A DNA stretch of 63,381 nucleotides, the filler included, from Chiloscyllium plagiosum (lineage: Eukaryota), in NCBI RefSeq assembly GCF_004010195.1. It is 4 parts of one record of this genome, joined end to end, with 100 filler letters (N's around TTAATTAATTAA, not from the genome) between each part and the next. Parts side by side here need not be neighbours in the genome. Positions count along the whole stretch, not along the records: positions 1 to 9,551 come from NC_057716.1; positions 9,652 to 35,295 come from NC_057716.1; 2 more parts are not named here. One strand, given 5' to 3'. This document shows, piece by piece, positions 1-12,170 of the stretch. The notes beneath the pieces were generated by a model. It ran no database searches and was not told the DNA's origin. It saw nothing but the letters and a program-made list of their open reading frames with translations. Both the position numbers and the translations under genes were made by a program. Each line of letters starts with the position of its first letter. Position 1 is the first letter of the stretch.

Positions 1-212
1 CCGACCTATCAATTTCATCCCCTCCCCCACTCACCTATTGTACTCTATGCTATTTTCTCCCCACTCCCCCACCCTCCTCTAGCTTATCTCTCCACCCTTC
101 AGGCTCTCTGCCTTTATTCCTGATGAAGGGCTTTTTAAAATCGAAACGTCGATTTTACTGCTCCTCGGATGCTGCCTGAACTGCTGTGCTCTTCCAGCAC
201 CACTAATCCAGA
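1..212 (+). mobile_element. Penelope-like element (Neptune-type) 3' pseudo-LTR, cut by window edge
   Basis: Matches the 3' ends of the PLE copies at ~20220-20430 and ~41815-42015. Contains CTGATGA...GAAACGTC at ~120-150 with a disrupted stem II. Confidence 0.85.
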
Positions 213-1135
213 GCCTGATGTCAGTGTAGGGTAAATTGTTGAAGGAGGATCTGAGGGACAAGATCTACATGCACTTAAAAAGGCAAGACTGTTTTGTGCG
301 TGGGAAATCATGTCTCACTAACTTAATTGAGTTTTCTGAAGAATTGACAAAGAAGATTGATGAAGGCAGAGCAATAGCTATTGTCTAGCTGTGTTCAACA
401 AGGTTCAGCATGGTACCCTGGTTAGCAAGGTTAGATCAGTTCAAATCCAGGGAGAGCTAGCCAATTGGTTACAGAATTGACTTGCAGGTAGGAGACAGAG
501 GGTAATGTTAGAGGGTTGTTTTTCAGAGGCTTGTGACCAGCGACGTGCCACAAGGATCAATGCTGGGTCCACTGCTTTTTGTCATTTATATAAATGATTT
601 TAAGGTAAATATAGGAGGAATGGGTAGTAAGTTTGCAAATGACACCAAACTTGGTGGTGGTATGGACCGTGAAGACATTTATCTCCGAGTTTGACGAGAT
701 ATTGATCAGATGGGCCAATAGGCCAAGGACAGGCAAGTAGAGGTTAATTTAGTTAAGTATGTTAATTTAGATAAGTATGATAATTTAGATAAGTATGAGC
801 TGTTGCATTTTGGCAAGACAAACCAGACCAGCACTTTATTTAATGGTAGGGCCTGAAGAGAGTTGCTGGCAAAGAGACCGAGGAGTACGAGTACATAGTT
901 CCTTGAAAGTCAAGTCGCAGGTCAACAGGGTGGTGAAGAAGGTATTTGGCATGATTGCCTTTACTGGTCAATGCGTTGAGTATAGAGGTTGGGAGGTCAT
1001 ATTACAGCTGTATACGACATTGGTGAGGCCACTTTTAGAATACAGTGTTCATTTTTGGTCTCCCTGCTATAGGACGGATGTTGTTAAACTTGTAAATCTT
1101 TTCTAAACCCTTTGAAGGGTGGTCAAGATTGGAAG
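213..1135 (+). mobile_element. CR1 LINE ORF2 (RT) fragment, degenerate
   Basis: Motifs SCLTNLIEF, VPQGSMLGPLLFVIYIND, KFANDTK, LYTTLVRPLLEY, with stops and frameshifts. Confidence 0.9.
745..798 (+). repeat. 18-bp tandem triplication inside CR1
   Basis: taatttag(t/a)taagtatg(t/a) x3. Confidence 0.85.
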
Positions 1136-1807
1136 GTTTGCCCTTGAGAAGATGGCATTGATCACTAAGCAGCCTCATTGCTCATGAAGTTCGCTTCTTT
1201 TTAAACATAAAGGTGGTGCTGCTGATGTTAGTGGATTGTTCAAATTAGTATTCTCTGCACCTAAGAGGAAACAGATTTTAAGGAAATAGTGTTTTCGCCG
1301 CTGGCAGGTGCAGTATCTAATTGATCAAATGCTGGGCACCCTTGCTTTGGGAAATTCAACCTCTCAGGTGGATCTGAAACCCGAGAATCCACCTCTCAAC
1401 TCTTAGACTTATTGTGTTAAAGGAAAATGTAATTTGAACAAAAAAGGAAACATTTGACAAAACACAGCTTCTGACAATTTATTATTTTATATTGTGAAAA
1501 GCAGTGAGTAAAGAAATACTGCAACATTTTCATGTTTAGGCTGATCATCCCTAAAATGTGCTGGTAATTGCAAACCAGCACTACTTCTATATTTAAAAAA
1601 TAACACATATGGACAGGAATTAATCTCTGCTAAACCTCTTAATGGATTTTCCTGTCTCAACTATCTTTAAAGGAAAATGGGTGGTCAAATAAGACAGAGG
1701 AAAGGACTGAACAGAGCCCTTTATTTAAAGATACACAATGCCAATAGCATTCAATCGCACAGCACTTTCAGGATAAGAATTTCCCACAGTGACTTCCTGG
1801 AAGGAGA

Positions 1808-2060
1808 ATTTGATTTGATTTATTATTGTCAGATGTATTCACATACAGTGAAAATTGTTGTTTTGCTAACCAGACAAATCATGCCTTACATGAGTACATA
1901 GGGTAATAGAACGGAATGCAAAATGTAGTGTTATAGTTACAGAGAAGGTGCAGAGAAGGATCAATTTTAATATGAGAGGTCCATTCATAAATCTGGATAT
2001 CAGCGGGAACAAAGCTGTTCTTGAATCAGTTGGTATGTGTTTTCAAACATTTGTATCATG
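1808..2060 (-). mobile_element. Rex-Babar LINE 3' fragment
   Basis: Similar to 16345-16600. Minus strand reads ...FKNSF-type C-terminus plus 3' UTR. Confidence 0.65.
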
Positions 2061-2179
2061 GAACCAATCAAGGAAAAAAAGAGTGAAATAACAAATGGAT
2101 GCGTTCTGAGGAGACTTTTTAAAGGGGTGAGAACAAGAGGATTTTAGTAAGGCAATTCCAGAGAGGAAAGCATAGTGTC

Positions 2180-2507
2180 ATACAAGATGATTAGGGGTTT
2201 AGATAGGGTTGACAGTGAGAATCTTTTTCCACATATGGAGTCAGCTATTACAAGGGGGCATGGCTTTAAATTAAGGGGGGGTAGGTATAGGACAGATGTT
2301 AGGGGTAGGTTCTTTACTCAGCGAGTCGTGAGTTCATGGAATGCCCTGCCAGGAGCAGTGGTGGACTCTCCCTCATTATGGGCATTTAAGCGGGCATTGG
2401 ATAGGCATATGGAGGATAGTGGGCTAGTGTAGGTTAGGTGGGCTTGGATCGGCGCAACATCGAGGGCCGAAGGGCCTGTACTGCGCTGTATTCTTCTATG
2501 TTCTATG
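2180..2507 (+). mobile_element. CR1 (HER1-type) LINE 3' end, young subfamily
   Basis: YKMIRGLDRVD...RFFTQRVVSSWNALP, followed by a (TTCTATG)n tail. Highly similar to 6351-7165 and 36482-37211. Confidence 0.92.
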
Positions 2508-2519
2508 TCTAAAGACAGA

Positions 2520-2900
2520 AGTACATAAAAGACATTAGTTAGAAAAATAGTATTCAGGGAGTGCAATATGGGGTCTGAGGCTGGGGCAGAGAGAGAATGT
2601 GGTGAGTCATGGGTAGGATTTGAGAACAAGTTAATCATTTTAAATCTGGGATATGGGAGCAGAGAATCAATGAATATCACATGGACAGAATAATAGCTGA
2701 GTACGATATTGTTGTATCATTGAGTTTCCACAAGTTAGAGTTCATGGAGAGTAGGGGATGGTATCCCTGTAAGGGGTGTGTCGATGTAGTTGAGACTGGA
2801 TGTGATGAGCAATTTAGTGAAGTTGGAGCAAACTGTAGCTAAAGAGAAAATAGTACAAGAGCAAATGTTTAGGGAATGCAAGGAAGCAAATGGACAAAAG
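2520..2900 (-). mobile_element. Degenerate L2-like LINE fragment
   Basis: Purine-rich decayed sequence resembling the reverse complement of 45100-45770. No clean motif. Confidence 0.4.
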
Positions 2901-2909
2901 GCAGTAAAA

Positions 2910-3082
2910 TAAAACCAAGAACTGTGGATGCTAGAAATCGGAAACAAAGCCAGAAATTGCTGGAGAAACTCTTCAGATTTGATGAATGGTCTCTGGGCCT
3001 TAAACATTGATTCTGTTTTCTCTCCCTGGATGCAGCCAGACTTGCTGAGTTTCTTCAGCAATTTCAGTTTTCGATTTGTAAA
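2910..3082. mobile_element. Short fold-back PLE-derived element with degenerate hammerhead motif
   Basis: Inverted arms gaaattgctggagaaactc / gagtttcttcagcaatttc around tgatgaa...aaacattg. Confidence 0.6.
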
Positions 3083-4444
3083 TAAGCCATATTTGCTTTT
3101 GAACCTCACTCCGATGATTTGCAATATACTGTACCTCCAATGTGCAGCTGCTTGTGTACTTTACCTCTTGTCCTGAGGAACTGAGAAATAAAGAAAAGAT
3201 GAGGGGAAAAAACTGTTCAACATGGACCTATTCTGAAATCCAAAAGCTGAGTTAGAATAAGAGAGAAACTATAAAACCCAGCACTACCATGAATTGTCTG
3301 TGTGAAAATGGCAAAAATAAAATTGTTTACGTGGGGTCACAAATAATCTGTAATACAAGGTAATAACTTTTTGTGTATATTTTTAATGAAATGTTGAGCA
3401 TTTAAACACATGTTTTTGTAAACAGCCCTTGCCACTATCACAGTAAAACCTCCCAGCTTTCCACTGGCTTAATGAATTTCAGCAATAGCGTGTTATGTTG
3501 TCTTTCTCGGATGTGCAAAAATGTTTTGTATATGTAAGTTTGTAGGTATTGAGTTTTTAGGTATAAAATTGTTTTATTGTGTTCATAAGATTCTTCATAT
3601 AAAGAGTATTAAAGAACACTTGATACTTCCCACATAACTGTTGACTGCATGTCTTTGTCTTTTAAAACTCTGTTCTTTTTCTGTGCTGTAGCCCCTTTGA
3701 ATCCCTTTCTTGCTTGCTGCTATTGATGCCTTGCTAATGGCTGTGCAAAGACTCCTTGCAGGTACTTGTACTCTGTTCTTGTTCCTAAATCTAGATCTTG
3801 TCTTGTCTGCTGGTCTTTCTGGAATCTTTCCAATGTCCTGTATTTCTCTTCGTGTCCGAATATATTCCTTCAGTATGTAGCTTTTATTTAAACAAATTTG
3901 CAATTAGGATGAACTAACACCAGTGTTAAGGTGTGTACATTGCAACTTTGTTTCTTGCAAAGATGAAGCTATTGTTGATAATTGCATAGAAATTATTTAC
4001 AAATAACCCAGAACATTTTTCACCATAAGTAGCAACTATCTCGTGCTTGTTGTTTAAGAAAATTGCAGATTTGTTTAGGAAGGCATCTGATCAAAAAATG
4101 GCTTTCCTTGGAAAATAGACTGCGTGCATCAAAGTGACTGAAGTGACCTTGTGCCATGACGTAGGTTCCTGGACTGTTTCCCATGAAGTGCATGGGAAAT
4201 TGACTTGGTTTGGGGAATGGAATGGAAGCATAATTGGAAGCTTTTCAAATGAAATGTTTGTAATTGAATCAAATACTGGCTGAGAGGAACATTGCAATGT
4301 TTCCAATTTAGAGTGTCATTGTGCATTGGAAAAAATCCTCAACCGGAACGAAGATATAAACAGAAGCTGGCTTAGGCCAAATGTTGAAAGATTATCAGAA
4401 GAAGTGATATTTTGCTGCAGTAATCATGTTCATATACTTCACAG

Positions 4445-4507
4445 GGAATTGAATGGACTCATATTGAGTACTTCAACAATGCCATCATCTGTGAACTGAT
4501 TGAAAAC
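4445..4507 (+). CDS. MYO1B: Myosin IB internal exon (motor domain), [21 protein letters not shown]
   Basis: ttcacag|GGA...AAC|gtaagt, 63 bp, phase 0/0. Matches vertebrate MYO1[22 protein letters not shown]. Confidence 0.95.
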
Positions 4508-5114
4508 GTAAGTTGGACCTTACCAGTTTGATTGTGCAAAGAATTGACAATTTTTTTTAAAAAAATAAGTGTTTAATTAAATCTCTTTTCTGAAATCTTT
4601 TAAAATGTACGAATAAAACATATCAAAAGTTGTAAGAATATGGAGCTCACTGGTACTTAAAATCTCTGAAGCAGATTTTTGTTGATGCATTTGAAAGAAA
4701 GGTCTGCAAATGAGGCTGATTGGAATACAGCAACAGGGTGGATAGGGGAATAATAGAGCCAAATTGTATACCTGAGGGTGGTGGGGGAGGGCTGCAGGTC
4801 AGGTCCCTCGTCCTGGATTGAAAGCTGATATCAAGTCTGGCTGTGCTTGACCAACACTACCCCTGCCTCACCCCGCAGGTGGAAATTCTGCCCCCCACCC
4901 TAACAGGAAGTTGTACTTCTCTTGGAACACCATTGGAAAAACTGCCCATTGCTAGCATTACAATAGGCCTCCTGAAACACAGCATTGATGGAGCCTGGAT
5001 GTGGAATCTGAGGCACTGTAAAGTTCCACTTATATCGGAGGGAGGCTCGCGTGCAAAGAAATACTGGCATTATGGACCATTCGGATCAATTGGTTTCCTT
5101 TTTTAGTGTTCAAA

Positions 5115-5182
5115 GTTTGTGAGAAGATTTGTAGCTCGGGTGCTCGTTGCTGTGGTTCTGTTCGCCGAGCTGGAAGTTTTTT
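5115..5182 (-). mobile_element. Penelope/Poseidon-type PLE terminal fragment
   Basis: gagaagatttgtagctcgggtgctcgttg... is nearly identical to 47020-47080. Confidence 0.75.
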
Positions 5183-5211
5183 TTTTAGTGTTGCTAGGCT
5201 AATTTAACTAA

Positions 5212-5550
5212 AGGGGTGGCATGGTGCCTCACAATGCCAGGAATATGGGTTCAATTCCACCCATGGGTGACTGTCCGTGTGGAGTTTGCGCACACTCCCT
5301 GTATCTGCGTGGGCTTTGTCTGGTTGCTCCGGTTTCCTCCCACAGTCCAAAAACGTGCAGGTTAGGTGGATTGGCCACACTAAATTGCCCATAGTGTCCA
5401 GGGATGTGCAGGCTCGGTGGATTAGTCATGGGGAATGCAGGGTTATAAGGATAAGCGGGGGGGCGGGGGGCAACGGTGCTGTTCAGAGGGTCAGTATAGA
5501 CTCGATGGACTGAAATGCCTACTTTCATACTGTAGACATTCTATGATTTC
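5212..5550 (+). mobile_element. HE1-type tRNA-derived V-SINE
   Basis: B box gggttcaattcc, V-domain tgtgtggagtttgc...ggtttcctcccacagtccaaa, CR1-like tail ttctatga. Confidence 0.88.
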
Positions 5551-6350
5551 TAAAACAGTAGCTGGAGAAGTTTGACTCAGGATTATGTGTAATATATGTG
5601 CAGTATCAGCAAACACGAACTAATTGCTGGGTTTGATCTCTTGACGGGTTTAGTGAAATGCATGGAGCCGCACAAAGTAATGTTGATTGGACCTGCCTTT
5701 GCAAAGGCCAGGTAGAAGCTGCTGTCATCCACATCTTTACCCATTATCTAGTACAATCTGATACCCTGCATTCAATGCCGCCTTGTTTGAAGATAAAATG
5801 AGGGGAAAAAAGCCCTTTTTTTTCTCCCATTTGTTTTTCTAATTTTAGCTTCCCCCAGTAGACATTAGTTTTCAATAACTGAGCAGGTGATCCACTGACC
5901 TGTGTCAATGCAGCTTTAGAATCATCTGATGGGAGGGTCACATGGCTCAGCACCAGTCAACCCCTCCTGCAATTCAAACATCAACTCTTCTAATCTAGAT
6001 CTACATTTATACAGTGAGTTCAGGAACTCTTTTGGCTAAGTTATGGGTACAGCTCAAGTTGAACCACATTTGAACCAATTGTTTCTAGAAATGAGTAAAA
6101 TTATATGGAAGTACCATCAATTAAGATATGGTTAGCATTTTTCTCATTTGTGGACTGAAGTTATTGTGCTAAGTTACTACCAACAGTTTTAAATGATGAT
6201 ATAGTAGATGATGGCTATTTAGCAGCAGCTGAACACACATTGCAGAGGTCCCAACAAATAGGATGAAAAAAGGTTTGTTGCTTTTGAGAGGGACATGTCC
6301 TTTAAATGATATGATACTTGATAACATTATATTTGGAAAACCAATTTGTT

Positions 6351-7165
6351 ATAGAACATAGAAGAATACAGCGCAGTACAGGCCCTTTGGCCCTCGATGT
6401 TGCGCCGATCCAAGCCCACCTAACCTATACTAACCCACTATCCTCCATATACCTATCCAATGCCCGCTTAAATGCCCATAATGAGGGAGAGTCCACCACT
6501 GCTACTGGCAGGGCATTCCATGAACTCACAACTCGCTGAGTAAAGAACCTACCCCTAACATCTGTCTTATACCTACCACCCCTTACTTTAAAGCTATGCC
6601 CCCTTGTAATACCCAACTCCATACGCGGGAAAAGGTTCACACTGTCAACCCTATCTAACCCCCTAATCATCTTGTACACCTCAATCAAGTCACCCCTAAA
6701 CCTTCTTTTCTCTAATGAAAACAGCCCCAAGTGTCTCAGTCTTTCCTCATACGATCTTCCTTCCATACCAGGCAACATCCTGGTAAACCTCCTCTGCACC
6801 CGTTCCAGTGCCTCCACATCCTTCCTATAGTATGGCGACCAAAACTGCACACAATATTCCAGATGCGGCCGCACCAGAGTCTTATACAACTGCAACATGA
6901 CCCCAGGACTCCGGAACTCAATCCCTCTACCAATAAAAGCCAGTACGCCATATGCCTTCCTCACCGCACTATTTACCTGGGTGGCAACTTTCAGAGATCT
7001 GTGTACATGGACACCAAGATCCCTCTGATAATCCACACTAGCAAGTATCCGACAATTAGCCCAGTACCCCATCTTTTTGTTACTCTTACCAAAGTGAATC
7101 ACCTCACACTTACATACATTGAACTCTATTTGCCACCTTTCTGCCCAGTTCTGCAGCTTATCTAC
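6351..7165 (-). mobile_element. CR1 (HER1-type) LINE 3' portion, young subfamily
   Basis: Open frame in ORF 6425-7195 (LQNWAERWQIEFNVCKC...LYKTLVRPHLEYCVQFWSP...WNALP) plus TTCTATG tail. Confidence 0.95.
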
Positions 7166-7565
7166 ATGGATGATGGTAAGACGAGTCAGGGGCACATCGA
7201 TATTATGAAGGAGGGGGTGTTAGATGTCTTGAAACATTAAGGTAAATAGTTTCCCAGGGCTTGACGCCTTACTAAAATCCATATACACCACATCTACCGC
7301 TTTCCCCTCGTCCACCTCCTTAGTCACCTTTATTTTGTTTTATGATGTTGTTCTGGAATTTTGAACAGCAGTCCAAAAATATTTGGGAAATGCATGTCCT
7401 ACAGCAAAGCTTGAATTGTTCAGTACTGTCTCATCCTTCACTATCGTGCACTAACCAAATATATGTGCACGTGCACTTGTATGCGCATATATCAAAATGT
7501 CATAGAACCATAAATGATAGTTCATAATTTAAGAGATCTCAATTTCTGTGTGTTTAATTTTTTAG

Positions 7566-7766
7566 AATACAAATGGAATCCTGGCAATGTTGGATGAAGA
7601 ATGCTTGCGGCCTGGGACAGTGACAGATGAGACCTTCCTAGAGAAACTTAATCAAGTGTGTGCTGTACATGAGCGCTTTGAAAGCAGAATGAGCAAAAGT
7701 TCTCGTTTCCTTAATGATACTACTTTGCCTCACAACTGCTTCAGGATCCAGCACTATGCTGGCAAG
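7566..7766 (+). CDS. MYO1B: Myosin IB exon, NTNGILAMLDEECLRPG...FRIQHYAGK
   Basis: tttttag|AAT...AAG|gtacag, 201 bp, phase 0/0. Myosin LDEEC and HYAG motifs, plus the MYO1B-like SRMSKSSRFLNDT insert. Confidence 0.97.
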
Positions 7767-8201
7767 GTACAGATAAAGATGCAAAAATGTTGAGCATTCT
7801 TTTATCCAAAGATTGTGGTTATTTTCTCAAGCTTCTTATCACTGCTAGACACATATAGGAGATGGTGTTTTTCCTGGCTTCGGTATCATACATTGCTGTA
7901 AATAGAAGAGTACCCAGTTGTTTCATTGTGCATTATAATGAACAATCTACTTCCTGGTCATCTCAGTGTCTTTTGCTCTCTCCAAATTTCTTTAGTTAAA
8001 CTTGATACTATTCTAATTTTAAAATACTTTCTTTATCAAAGTATACAATTTGCATGTTATGATGACTTTCCTGTGATCATGCCAATTCTCAAACAAGTAG
8101 GCCTGTTTAAGAGCATAGTGCTTGTCATGATTGGGTGAAATGTACTTGATGGGTGTCCTGCCATTGGAGATCATGCCATCAATATTTGTTTTACCATCAA
8201 G

Positions 8202-8428
8202 GTTATGTACCACGTCGAAGGATTTGTGGATAAAAACAATGATCTGCTGTATCGCGACCTGTCACAAGCCATGTGGAAGACCAATCATGTGTTAGTCAAA
8301 TCCCTCTTCCCAGAAGGAAATCCGGTGAAGATGTCCTTGAAGAGGCCACCTACAGCAGGGTCACAGTTCAAAGCTTCTGTTGCAACTTTGATGAAAAATC
8401 TACAAACCAAAAATCCCAACTATATCAG
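8202..8428 (+). CDS. MYO1B: Myosin IB exon, VMYHVEGFVDKNNDLLYRDL...KNPNYIR
   Basis: ccatcaag|GTT...AG|gtagga, 227 bp, phase 0/2. KRPPTAGSQFKASVATLMKNL matches MYO1B. Confidence 0.97.
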
Positions 8429-8884
8429 GTAGGAGCATTTTTTAATTACATTTTAACGTGCACAATAATTCAAGTAGGATGAAACGTGAGATTAAGCATT
8501 AGATAATACATGCATATTCAGAAATAGGAGGTGAGTTACTTGTTGCAGTATCCCTAATCTTTGACCTCCTCATGTAGCCACTGAATTTATATCAGTTTCT
8601 GGTAAACAGGGAAGCTAAATGCATTAGAGGTGTAAGCATGATGGGCTGAATGGCTTTCTTCTGCACTTAATCATAGAATCATTTTAGATATACTTTAGAG
8701 ACTTTGCCTCCTTCCCCTCAAAGCTAGAACTGCCTCGCTCAATTCATTGAACCTTAGTGATGTCAAGTGAGAAGATAGAGTATCTGACCATCTCACCATT
8801 TAAAAGAGGGTATATTTGTTTGCGAGCAAGTCTCATGTTGCTTATGTGGAGTTGGAAAGTGGTTGTAACCTGGCTACATTTCAG

Positions 8885-9085
8885 ATGCATCAAGCCAAAT
8901 GACCAGAAAGCTCCACACATCTTTGCTGAGGCTTTAGTCCGTCACCAAGTCAGGTACCTGGGCCTGATGGAGAATGTGCGTGTGCGACGGGCAGGATATG
9001 CTTTCAAGCAGCCTTACGAGTCCTGCCTGGAGAGATACAAGATGCTCTGTTCACAGACGTGGCCCCACTGGCGGCAAGGTTCAAG
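8885..9085 (+). CDS. MYO1B: Myosin IB exon, CIKPNDQK...[12 protein letters not shown]...TWPHWRQGS
   Basis: catttcag|A TGC...AG|gtacgg, 201 bp, phase 2/2, in frame with the previous exon. Class I myosin SH1/converter motif. Confidence 0.97.
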
Positions 9086-9289
9086 GTACGGAAATCCTAT
9101 CCAGTTTTAATGATAATGATGGTTTGGAAATAGTGGAGAACGTATCTTTTATTCTTCATTCTTTTCCTTGCAATGCTGAAAGTTTAATTTTTGAAAATAA
9201 ATGTGCTCGATCTTCCCCAGTGATTCAGTGAAGCTAAACACTGAGACGTACAGTGAGGTCAGGGGATGGAGTTTCTATTTGCAGACTAT

Positions 9290-9492
9290 GCCCAGAGAAT
9301 CCCTACCATGCAGAAAGAGGCCATTTGGCCCATCGAGCACCACTGGCACTCAGAGGAGCATTGCACCCTTTCCTATAACCCCATCTTTACCACCTATCCC
9401 ACACATTCTTGGATGCTACAAGGCAATTTAGTATGACCAGTCCACTTAAACCTGCACGTCTTTGGACTGTTGGAGCAAACAGGAGAACCTGG
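9290..9492 (-). mobile_element. HE1-type SINE fragment
   Basis: aggccatttggccc...cctgcacgtctttggactgt is the reverse complement of the SINE body and tail. Confidence 0.7.
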
Positions 9493-9551
9493 CTCTCGCG
9501 CGCACATGCCCACCCCCACCGACCCACGCACCCCCACCGACCCACGCACCC

Positions 9552-9651
9552 NNNNNNNNNNNNNNNNNNNNNNNNNNNNNNNNNNNNNNNNNNNNTTAAT
9601 TAATTAANNNNNNNNNNNNNNNNNNNNNNNNNNNNNNNNNNNNNNNNNNNN
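9552..9651. other. Artificial contig linker (44N + TTAATTAATTAA + 44N)
   Basis: Exactly 100 bp with a six-frame-stop palindrome. Repeated identically at 35296 and 57288. Confidence 0.97.
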
Positions 9652-9910
9652 GGGGAAAGATATAAAAGAGACCAAAGGGGTACCTTTTTCATGCAGAGAG
9701 TGGCATGTGTTTGGAATGAGCTGCCAGAGGATGTGGTGGAGGCTGGTACAATTGCAACATTTAAGAGGCATTTGGATGGGTATATGAATAGGAAGGGTTT
9801 GGAGGGATATGGGCCGGGTGGTGGGACTAGATTGGTTTGGGATACCTGATCGGCATGGACAGGTTGGAATGAAGGGTCTGTTTCCATGCTGTACATCTCT
9901 ATGACTCTAT
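9652..9910 (+). mobile_element. CR1 LINE 3' end
   Basis: FFMQRVACVWNELPEDVVEAGTIATFKRHLD, with tail ctctatgactctat. Confidence 0.88.
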
Positions 9911-10081
9911 AAACATTATTCTTTTAAATATTGACAAACCTTGTTTAATTCAAGATTCATCCATAGTGCCCAAAATCTGACAGCCACTTCTACTTACCTC
10001 TGAGAGACTGTCCCCTTCAACAGTACCCTAAATGGATAAAGAGAAATAGCCATAGGAGAGTCCTGATCTATCTTTTCTGAC

Positions 10082-10625
10082 TTTTTATTTCAAAATGTAC
10101 TTTATTCATCAAAAATATATCTTCACACACACACAGAGTTTGGTTCTGTTTAGTAGCATATCAAGGAATCAAACATTGGTGTTTGATTCTAATCGAAACA
10201 AACCAAAGGCATCTCTTACTTCAATTGGACTATATTTACATGCATTTGAGGCACCAGGAGGGTCTGGTAACTGAACAAATGCCCATTTAACTTCAGCGGA
10301 AAGATCTTAGACAGTGGTCTTTCCCCACTGTGCCTCAGCAGCAGCTGCCCCAGGTTTTAGCAAGCCTTTCAGGATATAGCCCTGGACCTTGGAACGTGCC
10401 AGTCTGCAATACTCTGTCGAGGTCAACTCCTTGCTCTGGTAGGCCAACGAATTTTGGCCAGACCAAAGAACACCTTTCACCAAGTTGATGGTTCTCCAGA
10501 TACAGATGATATCTGACTCTGTCCCGTGGAACAGACCTTAGAGCGCCCGCCCCCATCACGGAGCTACTCCGGACAAACCTCAATAAAAACCACAGCATCT
10601 TTCCCCAGACTTCCTGACAGTCACC
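10082..10625 (-). mobile_element. Tx1-clade LINE 3' end
   Basis: Minus strand (with frameshifts) reads WRTINLVK..LW...ELTSTEYCRLARSKVQGY...GAAAAEAQWGKTTV, then 3' UTR with AATAAA and an A tail. Confidence 0.75.
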
Positions 10626-10639
10626 AATCTGATATGATC

Positions 10640-10781
10640 TTGCTGAATTATCCGAATATTGGATTATCCGGCAAGATTGCAAGGTCCCCGATGCTTGACT
10701 AAACTATGTTATCTGGCATTCGATTATTCTGAATTCGATACTTCCCCGCCCAGGTCCTTCGAATAATCGAGGTTCCTCTGT
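10640..10781. mobile_element. Tigger/pogo-type DNA transposon end or MITE fragment
   Basis: Repeated gattatccg motifs and a terminal ttcgaataatcgaggttcctctg resembling a Tigger TIR. Confidence 0.55.
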
Positions 10782-11327
10782 CGTCACTTCTCTAAATGTA
10801 TTAGTCATCACTTGGTGTCTCCCCTCCTTGAATGGTGAGTTTCCCCCTTCACAGTAATTGAATGCAGAGGGAACAATTCCCACACTTTACTTTCCCTTCA
10901 CAGCAGTGCCTCTTTCTACTGTGGAGTAAATCCACAAGCTGTTTTCTCTGCTAACAGGATGCTGCCAAATGATAAGGATGTTTACTATTACACAAATGAG
11001 TCATGAGATACACAGGTTCCCGTGCAGTTTTGATGGCTGGTATGTAGCCGTGTGTCCAACAACTAGTGGGCTGTATCAAACAATACATTGCACTGAATGT
11101 TTGCATTGGCAGCATGCCGCTTATGCTCAATCAGCCGTGCTTGCAAGCCTCAGAAAAATATATCCACTTTTAGATGTGATTCCGTTATTGGAAATTGTCG
11201 AGTAATGCGGACTGGGCTAGGAGTTACCCCAGAAACCAATTAAGATCATCAGTCATCCTCACAGTGCGGTGCACTTACATGGGTTAGAGGCTATGTATAG
11301 AAATAGTGAGAACCTTCTCTATTATGC

Positions 11328-11553
11328 AGGCAAAAAGTGTTAGCACAAACAGTACCAGTCATTTGGGCTCTGCTGACGCCTCAGCTAAATATATGGATAT
11401 ATGATTGATAAACGTACAGACCTGTATATACAAATGATAAATTCTGATCTCTGTATGCAAAGAAATGGAATGTTTACGTATATATGGCATGACCAACTGT
11501 ACAGACCATCAAAATATTTTATGAATAAAGTATATTTTTGAAATTATAAAAAA
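11328..11553 (+). mobile_element. Tx1-like LINE 3' UTR fragment
   Basis: Ends tttatgaataaagtatatttttgaaattataaaaaa, like the reverse complement of 10082-10110. Confidence 0.55.
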
Positions 11554-11844
11554 CACCTTTTCTGAACCAAGGGATTGTACTTATATTTGTATGCGCACGT
11601 GGGCCACATTCAGCTGGTTTTTCCACCACAGAGGACTTAAAATACATGGTAATTGGGGTCTGCCCTTCTGGAATGCAAGAGGAACATAACAGCTTCACCT
11701 CATGCAGATTTTAACTGAGTTGGCGTTGGTGGAAAGACAAGCTGGGAGCAGAGCTACAGTAAGACTGTCTCCTTAGCATACGAGGATGTATGCCAATTGG
11801 AAGCTGTAACTTGACAAAGCAATTGGGATTTAAGTACGTACAAA

Positions 11845-12170
11845 GGCAGAGAAAGGGCTGGAGAGGAAGGGAAGTGGGGCAGATTGTGTTAGGATGGATG
11901 TGAAAAGACATTAAATGACAAAAGGAATGAAAACACAAAGCAAAAAGGGTTGGCAATGGAATCCAAAATGAAACAATTGATTTGTCTAGAAGGGGTATAA
12001 ATGAGGCAAGGAGTATCATTACCAATAGTTGCTATCTGAAAAGTAGAATGAGGTCATAATCTAAATTACGGAATACTATGTTGAGTCTGAAAGGCAGTAA
12101 AGGAATTAATCAAGAGATGAATGCTGTTTTATGAGTTTACACTGAGCTTCAATGAAATAGTTGGGCGTTG
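11845..12170 (-). mobile_element. Degenerate PLE 3' region
   Basis: aaattacggaatactatgttgagtctgaaaggcagtaa resembles the reverse of the LGxLQPxGLN.EF C-terminus. Confidence 0.45.

Noticed and set aside
9596..9607. TTAATTAATTAA as a biological palindrome or piggyBac target site
   Set aside because: It is centred in identical 100-bp N spacers three times; a synthetic linker.
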